Below, piece after piece: positions 35,750-45,766 of a DNA stretch of 50,236 bases (positions are counted from its first letter, which is position 1; each line of letters begins with the position of its first letter). Origin of the DNA: a virus. A model generated the notes under the pieces. That model was not told the DNA's origin and searched no databases. It was given only the letters and a program-made list of their open reading frames with translations. The stretch lies in UHGV virus genome UHGV-2083606. One strand, given 5' to 3'. Made by a program: the position numbers and the translations under genes.

Positions 35750-36385
35750 TTAATTTACTACCAAACCTGTTTCTTCTGTTTCAAAATCATCTGACAATGC
35801 AGACGCATCTGTGAACTGTGGGAGTGTTTTCACATAAGAAATCTTATATGGTGCTTCTCCCTCTTTTGGTGCAGAGTTGATTGTATACTCCGGTACACGG
35901 AACACATCATCTTCTGAACTCATTGCAACTGGTGTTCCTTGACAGTTAGGATATGTGATTTTCTCATATCTAACAATCTGACCACTTGCATCATATTGTG
36001 CTGAATAACAATCGAGTTCAAATACTTGTCCTTTGTCTGTACTTCCAGCAACTGGTGGTGTATATGTTAATGTATCACCTGTTCCCTCTACTGTTCCACC
36101 TTGCAGAATCTTAACAAGCTCAGGAATGAACACATTATCTGTTAATGTAATCTGATGTCCAGTGATTGTTGTTGTTGCTGGTTTCTGTGCGATTAATCTT
36201 CCTGATTTTACAAGTTTAATTGCATCTGTTGTTTCCGTCTGCGGTTCTACTCCAACTTTATTCGCTGTGTCTACCGCAATCTCTGTCGCATTTGTATCAT
36301 CACCATCAACCATGCCTGTTCTTACAACAACAAGCGAAACGTCAATGGTTGGGATTCCAACTGCTTTTTTCTGTGTTTTTGCCAT
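35750..36385 (-). CDS. major tail protein
   Basis: Position, size (211 aa) and Thr/Gly-rich beta-type composition. Confidence 0.65.
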   Translation of the reverse strand: MAKTQKKAVGIPTIDVSLVVVRTGMVDGDDTNATEIAVDTANKVGVEPQTETTDAIKLVKSGRLIAQKPATTTITGHQITLTDNVFIPELVKILQGGTVEGTGDTLTYTPPVAGSTDKGQVFELDCYSAQYDASGQIVRYEKITYPNCQGTPVAMSSEDDVFRVPEYTINSAPKEGEAPYKISYVKTLPQFTDASALSDDFETEETGLVVN

Positions 36386-36396
36386 TACTTAACCTC

Positions 36397-36756
36397 CTAA
36401 CGATTTTCTATTTTTCTACAGCCTTGGTATTGAAATGATACCATATGCGCGTTTTTATCTTCATCATAAAAACTTGCTGTTTCATTTCCGACATACATAA
36501 CAAGTGGAAATACTTGTTTCATTTTTTGTTTTGTTTCAAACATGAAGCTTTCAATTCTTCCATATCTGTTTACTGGAACATATAACATAATTGTGTATAG
36601 CGGTCTTTCACTTGAAACTGATTGCTGTTCATAAGTTCCCTCTGATTTTACAACGACATATTCTTTTATACATTCGCCTTTATGCTGTGATGGATAATAC
36701 ACTTCTGTTCCATCTACCGCTATAGTGTCCCTAATCTGTTCTATAATGCTTTTCAT
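36397..36756 (-). CDS. tail completion / tail terminator-like protein
   Basis: Position in the head-tail joining cluster. Confidence 0.45.
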   Translation of the reverse strand: MKSIIEQIRDTIAVDGTEVYYPSQHKGECIKEYVVVKSEGTYEQQSVSSERPLYTIMLYVPVNRYGRIESFMFETKQKMKQVFPLVMYVGNETASFYDEDKNAHMVSFQYQGCRKIENR

Positions 36757-37109
36757 TTGATGTACCTCAATAAGTCCTTATAACCGTCTAAAACTTCCTT
36801 GGAACACGCATTAACAGTTGGCTGTAGAATAGCAAATCTTCTTTCATTACATAACTCTAAATATATACCATAATCAACTCCATGACCTATATATATTCTT
36901 GTTCGCATTTTTCCAATTTGTTCAACCCATCCTGTTAGCCTTTGCCTTGCATGTCCTGTTCTGTCTGTCCACTGCCTGTTCCTCTTAGCATAGTTCTGAA
37001 ACTTTTTTGCACCGCTTGTCGCAAACATTTTAATTGCAACTTGTGATTTTGTTTCTGCTCTCTCTAAATTGTCAAGTAACTGTTTCGCATCAATTCTAAT
37101 TGTTCCCAT
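36753..37109 (-). CDS. HK97 gp10-like head-tail joining protein
   Basis: Size, position and the RTGHARQRLTGWV motif region. Confidence 0.45.
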   Translation of the reverse strand: MGTIRIDAKQLLDNLERAETKSQVAIKMFATSGAKKFQNYAKRNRQWTDRTGHARQRLTGWVEQIGKMRTRIYIGHGVDYGIYLELCNERRFAILQPTVNACSKEVLDGYKDLLRYIK

Positions 37110-37476
37110 TTAACACCAACTCCATTGATATATCACAGACAATGTTAAACTCTTGTATATTATTTTTCTCAATAATCTTATAAGTGTTTTCGTTTATTTG
37201 TATCATATCTCCATTTTTAATCAAAACAGAATCATCATATGCAACCATTAGTTTCGGCTGTCCTTTTGAATGTGTTTTAGAACCATCTGAAACGCTTTTT
37301 GTTATATATCCTTTTTGTGTATGAAACAATCCTTGTACTTCTACAACTTCCTCTTGCTTGTCTGTATCTTCTCCATAGTTGTTTAGTATTGTTCTTTTAA
37401 CTACATAACTTCTGCCATGCGTTTTTATCTCTCGTTTTACTTTGTTTAGTTCTATCTGTAACATTTTCTCATTCAT
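37096..37476 (-). CDS. head closure protein
   Basis: Position. Confidence 0.4.
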   Translation of the reverse strand: MNEKMLQIELNKVKREIKTHGRSYVVKRTILNNYGEDTDKQEEVVEVQGLFHTQKGYITKSVSDGSKTHSKGQPKLMVAYDDSVLIKNGDMIQINENTYKIIEKNNIQEFNIVCDISMELVLNGNN

Positions 37477-37721
37477 CTTAACACCCCACTGTTCACAGAA
37501 ACAAAGTGGGATGCAAGCATCTTGAAATAACTAGAACTGTCTTTTGTAGTTAAACCACTCACATCCAACCCTGTTACCTCTGCTTTGATTATTAATCCAT
37601 CATAGCTTGCTTTTCTAACATCACCGTTATTTTTTTCTAATAGATATTGCAATTCATCCACTTCAAAATATGGTGCTTGTTTTTCTCTCAAGTTGAATTT
37701 TAACTGTTCTAAATTATCCAT
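37473..37721 (-). CDS. head-tail connector / DNA-packaging adaptor (gp6-like)
   Basis: Position directly after the capsid gene; LEQLKFNLRE...DELQYLLE pattern. Confidence 0.4.
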   Translation of the reverse strand: MDNLEQLKFNLREKQAPYFEVDELQYLLEKNNGDVRKASYDGLIIKAEVTGLDVSGLTTKDSSSYFKMLASHFVSVNSGVLR

Positions 37722-37742
37722 CTACTCACCTCCCACATTTGT

Positions 37743-38045
37743 TTACATCTTACTCTGTTGGATTGCTTTCTGAATAATTTGTCTTGCTTCTCTTACATTT
37801 TTAGCTTTTGAAGTATCAATATTATGTTTCTCTGCATACTCCATAAGCTGTTCTTTGTTCATTTCAGAAATCGGAATTGTATCAACTGAATCATCTTCTT
37901 CAATCTGTTCATCTTCTACAATATCATCAATGTTCTGTTTTGTTTCATCAACAATAACATAACCATTCTTTTTGAACATTGTTTCATATGATTGGCGGCT
38001 TACCTTAACGGTATGCTCACCTTTCATAATATTAACCATTGCCAT
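37743..38045 (-). CDS. hypothetical protein with C-terminal helix-extension-helix (HeH)/SAP-like motif
   Basis: MNKEQLMEYAEKHNIDTSKAKNVREARQII. Confidence 0.45.
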   Translation of the reverse strand: MAMVNIMKGEHTVKVSRQSYETMFKKNGYVIVDETKQNIDDIVEDEQIEEDDSVDTIPISEMNKEQLMEYAEKHNIDTSKAKNVREARQIIQKAIQQSKM

Positions 38046-38058
38046 GTTTATTCCTCCC

Positions 38059-39093
38059 TTACGCTACTACATCAAGAATATATACTTGGTCTGCTGTTGG
38101 GAAGTCTGGCAGACAAATCATTGTAACTTTTGTTTCTACATTTACTGGGTCTGCCTTTGTCATAGTTGTAACTGCAACTCCTGTATCTGTAATTGAAACA
38201 TTTGCAACATTACTTGACATAAGGTCTGATTCTTCCGGTGTTGTACCAAACCATGTGTTTCCGAGTTTTCCTGTTGGGAACATAACAAAAACATCTTCTG
38301 GAACATATCTCTGAACTACTCCCTCTTCATCTTTGTATCGTTTGTCATATACTACAATGTCAATTCCGAGTTCATCTTTAATGAACTGTTTAACTTTTGC
38401 ATCTGATACAAAACCAACACCATCTGTCATAACATAGATGGATTTCTTAATTTCTGTATTTGCTCTGATATATCCGAACACCTTTGAAGAACATACTGCT
38501 CTTTCAACTGTTACGCCAGTATCATCAACGATTTTTGTAATTCCTGTTCTGATATCATCAAGGATTGTTGCTGACGGGTCACTCCAACTCTTTGTTACTG
38601 TTACTTTATGGCTTTCATCTACACCATAATCATACTCGTAAACCTGTCCATTTCCTTTCATAGAAATTGTTCCTGTTGTGAGCATCATCATTCTCATGCG
38701 CTCTCTCTGTGCAGAAGCACCCTCGAGAAGTTCAACCTCGTCTGCAAAAATTCTGTTTACGATTGCATCAATGTATGCTTGATTTCCACTCTCAATAATT
38801 TTGTTAAGTTCCTGTCTTAACTCTTCATCAATATACTTGGACTCTTTGAAGAATGGCATGTCTGCGCTTAACTTCTCAAATCCAATTCTCGGTCTTGGAA
38901 TAGCCTGTACATCAAACGCTGATGCTTTCAAAACTACTGGAAGTCCATTAGAACCTTTCAACCATTTAAGCGTGAGTCCGAGTTTCTTATCATTTGGGAA
39001 AAGTTCCTCTCCTAAATATGGATCTCTGTCCTGTTGTAACAATTCCCAGTATGATGTAATTTCAGAACTAATAATAAGGTCATAAATTGTCAT
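38059..39093 (-). CDS. major capsid protein (lambda gpE-like family)
   Basis: 344 aa. N-terminal SYWELLQQDRDPYLGEELFPN resembles Phage_cap_E. Preceded by a gpD-like decoration gene. Confidence 0.7.
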   Translation of the reverse strand: MTIYDLIISSEITSYWELLQQDRDPYLGEELFPNDKKLGLTLKWLKGSNGLPVVLKASAFDVQAIPRPRIGFEKLSADMPFFKESKYIDEELRQELNKIIESGNQAYIDAIVNRIFADEVELLEGASAQRERMRMMMLTTGTISMKGNGQVYEYDYGVDESHKVTVTKSWSDPSATILDDIRTGITKIVDDTGVTVERAVCSSKVFGYIRANTEIKKSIYVMTDGVGFVSDAKVKQFIKDELGIDIVVYDKRYKDEEGVVQRYVPEDVFVMFPTGKLGNTWFGTTPEESDLMSSNVANVSITDTGVAVTTMTKADPVNVETKVTMICLPDFPTADQVYILDVVA

Positions 39094-39118
39094 GTTTTGT
39101 TTTCCTCCTATTTCCTAA

Positions 39119-39514
39119 TTAACAAGCAACGAATTTAATCATTGGCATTGCTTTCTTTACTGTATCTGTAAGTTTTGCTTTTGTTGTTGCATCAATTCTG
39201 TTTGTGTTTACGAACCCAAACAAAAGCAACATTCCGTTTGCATCCCCTGTTGTAACATCTACATCATGTAACAGAACTCCTACTGCATCAGATGCTTCTG
39301 TAGAACTTCCAGCTGTTGCCTCTGTGAATGCTGTTGTTCTTGCATCAAGACTTCCTGTAAGTGGTGTTCCTGCTTTAACAACTTTCTTTGTTCCCTCTGC
39401 AACTCCGAGTGCTTTACTTACTACAACACCCATAGAAACTTGATGTTCTACTGCAAAAAGAATTTGGTTCGTATTTCCATATGTTTCTTTTCTAACTCCT
39501 GTCTGATTTAACAT
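39119..39514 (-). CDS. head decoration protein (lambda gpD-like)
   Basis: 131 aa. AVGVLLHDVDVTTGDANGMLLLFGFVN resembles the gpD core. Confidence 0.55.
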   Translation of the reverse strand: MLNQTGVRKETYGNTNQILFAVEHQVSMGVVVSKALGVAEGTKKVVKAGTPLTGSLDARTTAFTEATAGSSTEASDAVGVLLHDVDVTTGDANGMLLLFGFVNTNRIDATTKAKLTDTVKKAMPMIKFVAC

Positions 39515-39529
39515 TTGTTTTACCCTCCT

Positions 39530-40201
39530 TTATTTAAAATAATGGCTCTTTACTGCTTTTCTTCCAGCAAGTAATCTTTCAGCCATTGTTCCTGCATACT
39601 TTGAATCTCCATTATTTGAATTTTCATTTGTACTCTGTTTATTTTGCTCTGCTGTTCTCTTCACTCTTGAACGTGTTACTGTTCCCTTTTTGTTTGTTTC
39701 ATCTTCCTCAGTTGCAAAATAAATCTTTCCATTCGTACTGTCTTTCATTTCTGCAATTACTGCATTAATGTCTTTATCTTTTGTTACTTTTGCTTTTGCA
39801 ATAATAACTAAATCATCTACAAGTTCAGGTTTTGCTCCTAACTGAATTGCTGAAAGTTTAGCTTCTGCAATTACTCTTGCTTCACGCTCTGTAACAAGTT
39901 CTTTTGTTGTTGCTGTTAACGCATCATCTTTTTTCTGTAAATCAGTCTTGTTTGCTTCTTCATCCTCTTTTGCTTTCTTAACGATTGCTTGTAAAGACTC
40001 TGAATTCTCAACTCCTAAAGATTTAAGATATTCTGCTACAGCATCACCTTTTACTTTTTCAACATCAACATTATTTGCATTCTGCTGTGTACTTGTCTGC
40101 TGGTTTGTGTTATTGTTCTGCTGTGTATTGTTATTGTTTATGTTATTCTGCGCATTTGTTTCTCCATTTGTTCCATTCGTGTTTGTATTTGTTTCTGACA
40201 T
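39530..40201 (-). CDS. scaffolding protein
   Basis: N/Q/T-rich N-terminus followed by helical, charged coiled-coil-type sequence. Position before the decoration and capsid genes. Confidence 0.55.
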   Translation of the reverse strand: MSETNTNTNGTNGETNAQNNINNNNTQQNNNTNQQTSTQQNANNVDVEKVKGDAVAEYLKSLGVENSESLQAIVKKAKEDEEANKTDLQKKDDALTATTKELVTEREARVIAEAKLSAIQLGAKPELVDDLVIIAKAKVTKDKDINAVIAEMKDSTNGKIYFATEEDETNKKGTVTRSRVKRTAEQNKQSTNENSNNGDSKYAGTMAERLLAGRKAVKSHYFK

Positions 40202-40216
40202 TTGTTCTATTCTCCT

Positions 40217-40522
40217 TTATTTATTATATAATGTTTGTAAAATTCTCTCTTCTTTTTGTAACTGTCTTTTCTTTTTCTCAATACCTTTTAAAAATCTCGC
40301 CTTTTCTGTTTCATTTGTTTCACTGTTCATGTTTGCTGTTGCTTTTCTTATTTGTTTTTTCAAAATCAATGTTTTCTGATTATCATAATAAGAATCATAT
40401 TGTTTTCCACAATTCGGACATACTAGAAAAGTCCTTGTTATGTTTTGTTTTCCAACTTGTTTGTTTTCTTCCTTTATCATTGGATAAAAGGATATTTGAC
40501 ACTTATCACATGTCACTTTCAA
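40217..40522 (-). CDS. hypothetical zinc-ribbon protein
   Basis: CDKCQISF...CPNCGK. Confidence 0.45.
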   Translation of the reverse strand: MKVTCDKCQISFYPMIKEENKQVGKQNITRTFLVCPNCGKQYDSYYDNQKTLILKKQIRKATANMNSETNETEKARFLKGIEKKKRQLQKEERILQTLYNK

Positions 40523-40919
40523 TTATATCACCACCCATATACATTGTCAACTCTTTTATAAATATTTTTCCATTTTCATCATAAAAAGTTTTTCCTTTTG
40601 AAACTTCATTAAGCAACTTTCTTTTTTCATTGAGTTTCTTTGTAAGTCTGTCCTTTTTCTTTACCTCTCTAGGACTCACAGTTTCCTTTTTAAGGCGTTT
40701 TCTAATTGCCTTTACAAATAGCGCCTTAATCTCTTTGAACGTCTGTATGGACTCATTATCGTCTATCTGAACGACTTCGACTTCCTTACACCTTACACAC
40801 TCAAAATACAAAATAACATGATGTTTTTTATCTTCGTCATATACATCTTTTTTCAGTAATGACTTTGAATCCAAACTATTTACTTCTCCACATTTGTTAC
40901 ATACTCTTTTTACTTCCAT
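40506..40919 (-). CDS. hypothetical zinc-ribbon protein
   Basis: CNKCGEVN...CVRCKE. Confidence 0.45.
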   Translation of the reverse strand: MEVKRVCNKCGEVNSLDSKSLLKKDVYDEDKKHHVILYFECVRCKEVEVVQIDDNESIQTFKEIKALFVKAIRKRLKKETVSPREVKKKDRLTKKLNEKRKLLNEVSKGKTFYDENGKIFIKELTMYMGGDIIESDM

Positions 40920-40934
40920 GTTCTCTCTCCTGTT

Positions 40935-41930
40935 CTACATAAAATCTAGTGCATATCTATCAATCTCCGGGAACGTTCCTACTGGTGAATTATACCACAT
41001 TCCAATTTTCTTAGCTATATCTGACATACTATCTGATATTACTGCTTCAAAAGTACACATCCCATTAGGATGGTCTAACGGTAATGCATCTTTCGGATAT
41101 ACTCCCTGTCCTAATCCATATTTATCTTCTTTTGCTCTGTTCTCACATATTCTACAAACTCTCCCATGAAAATTACTTGTTATCCATCTATAGCCAATAA
41201 CAAAAGGGTCATTTTTGTTTACTGCTTCAAAACTCTGTTGATATGCGTGTGACACTAATGTTCTAGCAAGCCTTTGTGCGTTGTAATCAACATGACCGAA
41301 ACGAAACTTATCATTTATTTTTTCTCCGACTTTGTTCGCCCTGCCACTGTTTACATCTGTTATTCTTGCTTTTCTAGTGCTGTAGATTACTTTACTTGCC
41401 TTTCTTGCTTTTGGGTCTACATAACTTTCAATATCACGAGCTATCTCATATGCGCTCTTTCCTTGTGCTGTTCCTATTGAGATTATTTTATTTAAACTTT
41501 CCTGTGTTTGTTTGTTATAACCCCATATTGCTTTACTCAATGACCAATTATCTTGATATACATTCCCTGTTATTATGTTTCTAACAACTTGGTCGGGAAC
41601 AAATCTAAATGCTTCATGTATGTCTGAATCTTTAAAACCGCAATATTTTAAAAATGTTCTAGTATCATACACGACCGCTTCCGAAACTGTTGTCATATTT
41701 TGAACAACCCCATTTTTAATATCTTTATTTAGCTGTTCAATCCTTTTTGTAATACTACGTTTTAATAGCATAAGATTTTGTTTTTGCATGTTTCCATTAC
41801 CCATGCTTGCTATTTGTTTTGTAACATCATGGTACAGATTCTCATACATTTGTTTTATATCTTTTTGCATCTTTGCTGTTGTTGTTTGTCTTACCTGTTC
41901 TGCATTTTTTAAACTGAACTTTTGTGCCAT
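40935..41930 (-). CDS. head morphogenesis protein (Mu F / SPP1 gp7 family)
   Basis: FRFGHVDYNAQRLARTLVSHAYQQS ... FHGRVCRICE ... HPNGMC motifs. Confidence 0.75.
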   Translation of the reverse strand: MAQKFSLKNAEQVRQTTTAKMQKDIKQMYENLYHDVTKQIASMGNGNMQKQNLMLLKRSITKRIEQLNKDIKNGVVQNMTTVSEAVVYDTRTFLKYCGFKDSDIHEAFRFVPDQVVRNIITGNVYQDNWSLSKAIWGYNKQTQESLNKIISIGTAQGKSAYEIARDIESYVDPKARKASKVIYSTRKARITDVNSGRANKVGEKINDKFRFGHVDYNAQRLARTLVSHAYQQSFEAVNKNDPFVIGYRWITSNFHGRVCRICENRAKEDKYGLGQGVYPKDALPLDHPNGMCTFEAVISDSMSDIAKKIGMWYNSPVGTFPEIDRYALDFM

Positions 41931-41951
41931 TTCTTACACCCTTTACTGTGT

Positions 41952-43517
41952 TTACATGTTTTCAAGTTTTGTTTGTGTTTCAATTTGTTGTACATTCTTT
42001 TCTACTTGGTTCTGTGTTCCAATATCATCAAGTTCACCTTGTACTTGTGTATTCATGCTCATGCTATCAAACATATTGTTTTCTATTGCTATTTGCATAA
42101 GTTCTTCATCAATCTGTGCATCTGTTTTAAATTCGTCCTTTCTCCACTTCTTAATGTATGACTTTCTACTTCTAGCATTTGCCGCAACCTCTGAAAGGTC
42201 TGATGCTTTTTCATCATCTTCATCTTCCATTAATGCATAATGTTCTAAAATATTAATGTTATACTGTATTTCATCCAATCCTGTTAAAACATACCTTGAA
42301 ACAACTTCATCTTTGTTTAACATTGCAATATCCAAAATACATTCAACAATAAATTCAAGTGCCGGCATCCACGCTTTCATCTTTTCATCACATCTTACTT
42401 GTAATGGATAGTATAATGCTTTTAACGCTTTTCCGCTTGTTATTGTTCCCGCCATTGTTTCTTCTGAAATGTTTGGTATATCAAGTTCTCCATACATTGT
42501 TGTTTTAATTCTGTCTAGTGTTGTTTTAACACTCTCTGTATGGTTCATCTGTGGTGCTAATGTTCCAACTTGTGGATGTACTTCATTCTGACTTTGTTCT
42601 GAACGTAAGTCCCAGTACGCTCCAGCTCCACTACTTAGATTAGCTGTTGTTTCTGCATTCATATCAACTGTATAACGAATAGGATTCATTCCTTTTCTTT
42701 CACTGTCTATATCTGCATTTCCAAGTCTACTGTATCCAGCTTCATACATTGCTAAGTCTTCAATTTCAGATACACCTAGCTTATCAATCAATGTTCCATC
42801 ATTCAGAATAACAACTGCTGGGATATAGTCAAGCTCGATTATCTGTTCTACTACAACTTCCTGCTCTACATTTCCAAGTCCATTATACAATGTAGAACTG
42901 AAATGTATTTTTCCATTTATTTCTTCATATCTGTTCACTAAATATTTCTTTTGGTTTGTTTGTTTTGTTCTGTTCACACTTTCAAAACTTATAAACTTTG
43001 TTAATCTATCTGAGCCATAATCTGTTTCATAATAAAACTGTAAACTATTGTAAAAATGTGTTTGGATTCCATCCTGTTCTGAAAAGTCAACCAAACATGC
43101 TACACGCTTTCCGATAAAACAATCTTTTGCACTTTGTAACAATGTTCTCGAAAAATTACTGTTCTTTAAAACCTTGTTTACTAATGTTTGATACTGCTGT
43201 ATTTGTTCTGTATTTTCTTCATCAACATAATTTTGTTGTATTAAAAAGTCCGGTGTTTGACTAAACATAAATCTTGCTTCTTTATCAATCAATGTTTTCG
43301 CAATTTTAAATCTAACATCTGATGCTACATAATCCCCGGATGTTCCCTCTGTTATAAATTCAGCACCTTTTTTATAATCAATATAGTTTTGTTGTATCTG
43401 TAACAATTCATGTGTATATAAATTATATCCCTCTTCTATTTCATTTCTTAAAACAAAATAAGGAAAATTTCTTAATGCTTGTATTACTTCAACACTATGT
43501 TGTTTATTACTAGCCAT
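41952..43517 (-). CDS. portal protein
   Basis: 521 aa; position between the terminase region and the MuF gene. Confidence 0.75.
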   Translation of the reverse strand: MASNKQHSVEVIQALRNFPYFVLRNEIEEGYNLYTHELLQIQQNYIDYKKGAEFITEGTSGDYVASDVRFKIAKTLIDKEARFMFSQTPDFLIQQNYVDEENTEQIQQYQTLVNKVLKNSNFSRTLLQSAKDCFIGKRVACLVDFSEQDGIQTHFYNSLQFYYETDYGSDRLTKFISFESVNRTKQTNQKKYLVNRYEEINGKIHFSSTLYNGLGNVEQEVVVEQIIELDYIPAVVILNDGTLIDKLGVSEIEDLAMYEAGYSRLGNADIDSERKGMNPIRYTVDMNAETTANLSSGAGAYWDLRSEQSQNEVHPQVGTLAPQMNHTESVKTTLDRIKTTMYGELDIPNISEETMAGTITSGKALKALYYPLQVRCDEKMKAWMPALEFIVECILDIAMLNKDEVVSRYVLTGLDEIQYNINILEHYALMEDEDDEKASDLSEVAANARSRKSYIKKWRKDEFKTDAQIDEELMQIAIENNMFDSMSMNTQVQGELDDIGTQNQVEKNVQQIETQTKLENM

Positions 43518-43549
43518 ATAATACTATACTCCTTTCTATTATATAATAT

Positions 43550-43578
43550 ATTATAATATATAAATATATATAAGTCAA
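43550..43578 (-). promoter_or_regulatory. putative sigma70-type promoter (TTGACT-17-TATAAT)
   Basis: Minus-strand hexamers between the endolysin terminator and the portal gene. Confidence 0.4.
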
Positions 43579-43608
43579 TATTTATTTTATGTTTTATATA
43601 TAACAAAA

Positions 43609-43626
43609 GGGTGGATTTCTCCACCC
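43609..43626 (-). terminator. intrinsic terminator after the endolysin gene
   Basis: GGGTGGA/TCCACCC 7-bp stem, 4-nt loop, followed on the minus strand by UUUUGUUAUAUAU. The flank ATAACAAAAGGG is shared with the terminator at 19629. Confidence 0.6.
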
Positions 43627-43651
43627 CATTAAATATTTGTTTTGGTTTGTT

Positions 43652-44566
43652 TTAGAATAATTGGAATCTATCAATAGGAACACCATATACACCAGCATAT
43701 CCATCTTGTCCGCCTGTTGTTTCATCATTATACTGCCACGAGTAGTATCCTCGTTTTACTGGTGATACTCTGTACTGCGCTTTCTGCCAACTTCCTACTG
43801 GTGGATGGTAAATAACTTCAATAGCATCAATAACTTTACCAACTCCGGCATATCCATTGTTACTATCATTCCAATTACAACCGGAAACATACGGCAACCA
43901 CTTACCACCAAGAACATGAACTCTATATGATACTGAACCTACATCACACTTAATTGCGATATCTGTTATCTTTCTACCCTGTACACCAGCAAAATCTTGC
44001 AAGTTTCGAACAAATGGATATATTGTTCCACCCTCTACTCTTACTGCATATGTAAAATTAACTGGCACGTTATAGTGTCCTCCACTCGGCTGTGGTGTTG
44101 TTACTCCTGTTACTGTTACTCCATTACCATAATCAATGTCACAAAGCTTTAAAAGGTGTGTGAACCTGTTCTGTGACAAATTAGCTATTCTTACACCATA
44201 AGCTGAACCATCTGCGGCAATGTATTTATCATCTCCGAGATAAATTCCAATATGTCCTTTCATCCATACTGCCCAACCAATGTTATTGTTTGTTCTTTGT
44301 GAGATTGGAATAACTTCTACTGCTGTTTCTTTATATTGGTAACTGCCACGCATTTTACCGGTATACCAACTAATTAATCCACTACAATCTACACATACTT
44401 TTCCGGCTTTGTTATCGTCACTATACCAAACACAGTTAGAACCGTATGTTCTTCTTAACTCTCTGATTCTATCCAGTGTTACAACTTCTCCTTTTGCTCC
44501 ATAGATGTACGGAGTTCCTATTTTACTCTTTGCGAAATCAATTAACCCTTGTGCTGTTTTACTCAT
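43652..44566 (-). CDS. endolysin, NlpC/P60-family peptidase with C-terminal repeat domain
   Basis: Catalytic Cys (VCVDCSGLISW) and His (GHIGIYLGDDKY) motifs. C-terminal tandem repeats containing NNGYAGVG / QDGYAGVYG. Confidence 0.75.
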   Translation of the reverse strand: MSKTAQGLIDFAKSKIGTPYIYGAKGEVVTLDRIRELRRTYGSNCVWYSDDNKAGKVCVDCSGLISWYTGKMRGSYQYKETAVEVIPISQRTNNNIGWAVWMKGHIGIYLGDDKYIAADGSAYGVRIANLSQNRFTHLLKLCDIDYGNGVTVTGVTTPQPSGGHYNVPVNFTYAVRVEGGTIYPFVRNLQDFAGVQGRKITDIAIKCDVGSVSYRVHVLGGKWLPYVSGCNWNDSNNGYAGVGKVIDAIEVIYHPPVGSWQKAQYRVSPVKRGYYSWQYNDETTGGQDGYAGVYGVPIDRFQLF

Positions 44567-44621
44567 ATACCTCTATAATCTCATTATATGCCCTTAGAAT
44601 CAATTTTAATATGCTACACTA

Positions 44622-44867
44622 TTATTCCTTAGCTTCTACTTCTTTAATGCCTGCAATGCTCGTTAAAAGGCTTACAACACCAGCTACTACACTTGCAGAT
44701 ACTACCATCTTCCAATCTACTGAACTAATAACCACACTAGAACCAATTACACCAATAGCCGCCTGTGCCATTGTTTTAATTGCTCTTATGCTTGCCGCCT
44801 TAAGCCATTCAATAGTATTTACGCTTGGTTTAAATACACAATTCTTAAACATGTTTTTTACCTCCAT
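44622..44867 (-). CDS. holin
   Basis: 81 aa; two TM segments (AAIGVIGSSVVISSV and VVAGVVSLLTSIAGI); charged C-terminus. Confidence 0.6.
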   Translation of the reverse strand: MEVKNMFKNCVFKPSVNTIEWLKAASIRAIKTMAQAAIGVIGSSVVISSVDWKMVVSASVVAGVVSLLTSIAGIKEVEAKE

Positions 44868-45171
44868 TTTCTAATTGACATAACTCTAATGCATGTTTTG
44901 CTTCTCCTATTTCTTTTTCATTTCTCTCTATTGCATCCCACTGCTGTTTTTGTCCTTTTCTCACATGTTCTTTATATTCTTCTATTTCTTTGTTTTGTTT
45001 TTCTAGTTTCTCATTTTGTTCTTTCATTTCTTTTGCAAGCTGTTCAACTCTTAACGTTAATTCTGTCATAGCTTTTGTGTTCTCGCTTAATGGTCTATAT
45101 ACTGCTGTAAATATTCCAATAAGCGAACTTAAACCTAATACCACAATACCTATCATTTCTGCTGTTGTCAT
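44845..45171 (-). CDS. XhlA-like lysis-associated membrane protein
   Basis: N-terminal TM helix followed by a coiled coil (LTLRVEQLAKEMKEQNEKLEKQNKEIEEYK), as in the haemolysin XhlA family. Confidence 0.5.
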   Translation of the reverse strand: MTTAEMIGIVVLGLSSLIGIFTAVYRPLSENTKAMTELTLRVEQLAKEMKEQNEKLEKQNKEIEEYKEHVRKGQKQQWDAIERNEKEIGEAKHALELCQLENGGKKHV

Positions 45172-45202
45172 ATTTGTTTTATCTCCTACTTTTTAATAAA
45201 AG

Positions 45203-45694
45203 TCAACCAACTACATTTACGGATAAACCTTTGTCAAAAAATACGATTCGATAAATACCCCAATCGTCAGCGAATCTTGGAATTGTTATAACGCCTCCGT
45301 TACCGCCAGTAACACCTACCGCATTAGATGATATAAGCACTTTTGATTTCGAAACGTCTGCATTGCTAAACGCTATGCAAATTGGTTGGGCAGCCTCCGA
45401 CTGACTACATATTAGAAGAAGTGCAACTACGGTTCTGGCTCTTGCCGCAGTTCCAGAGAATTGTAGCTTTCGTTCAACGTTAAGTTGACTAATATAAACC
45501 GAATTTATTTCAAGTGCTTTATTACTATTTAATTCAACAATATCCTTCTTATTCTTTGTAATTTGTTCAGAATCTTCTTTACTTATTCCACCTAAATCAC
45601 CATCACTTGGAGCTGGCGGAATAAACTGTACTTCTTTTACTTCTCCTGTTGCTTTATCTTTTGCATTAAAATATTCTGCTTTTACTCTTTCCAT
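45203..45694 (-). CDS. hypothetical protein
   Basis: ORF. Confidence 0.45.
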   Translation of the reverse strand: MERVKAEYFNAKDKATGEVKEVQFIPPAPSDGDLGGISKEDSEQITKNKKDIVELNSNKALEINSVYISQLNVERKLQFSGTAARARTVVALLLICSQSEAAQPICIAFSNADVSKSKVLISSNAVGVTGGNGGVITIPRFADDWGIYRIVFFDKGLSVNVVG

Positions 45695-45766
45695 CTTTTA
45701 TACGCCTCCAAACACCACAGCACGCTTTGTACTATCATAATATATTGCTACGCTCTTTGCTATGTT

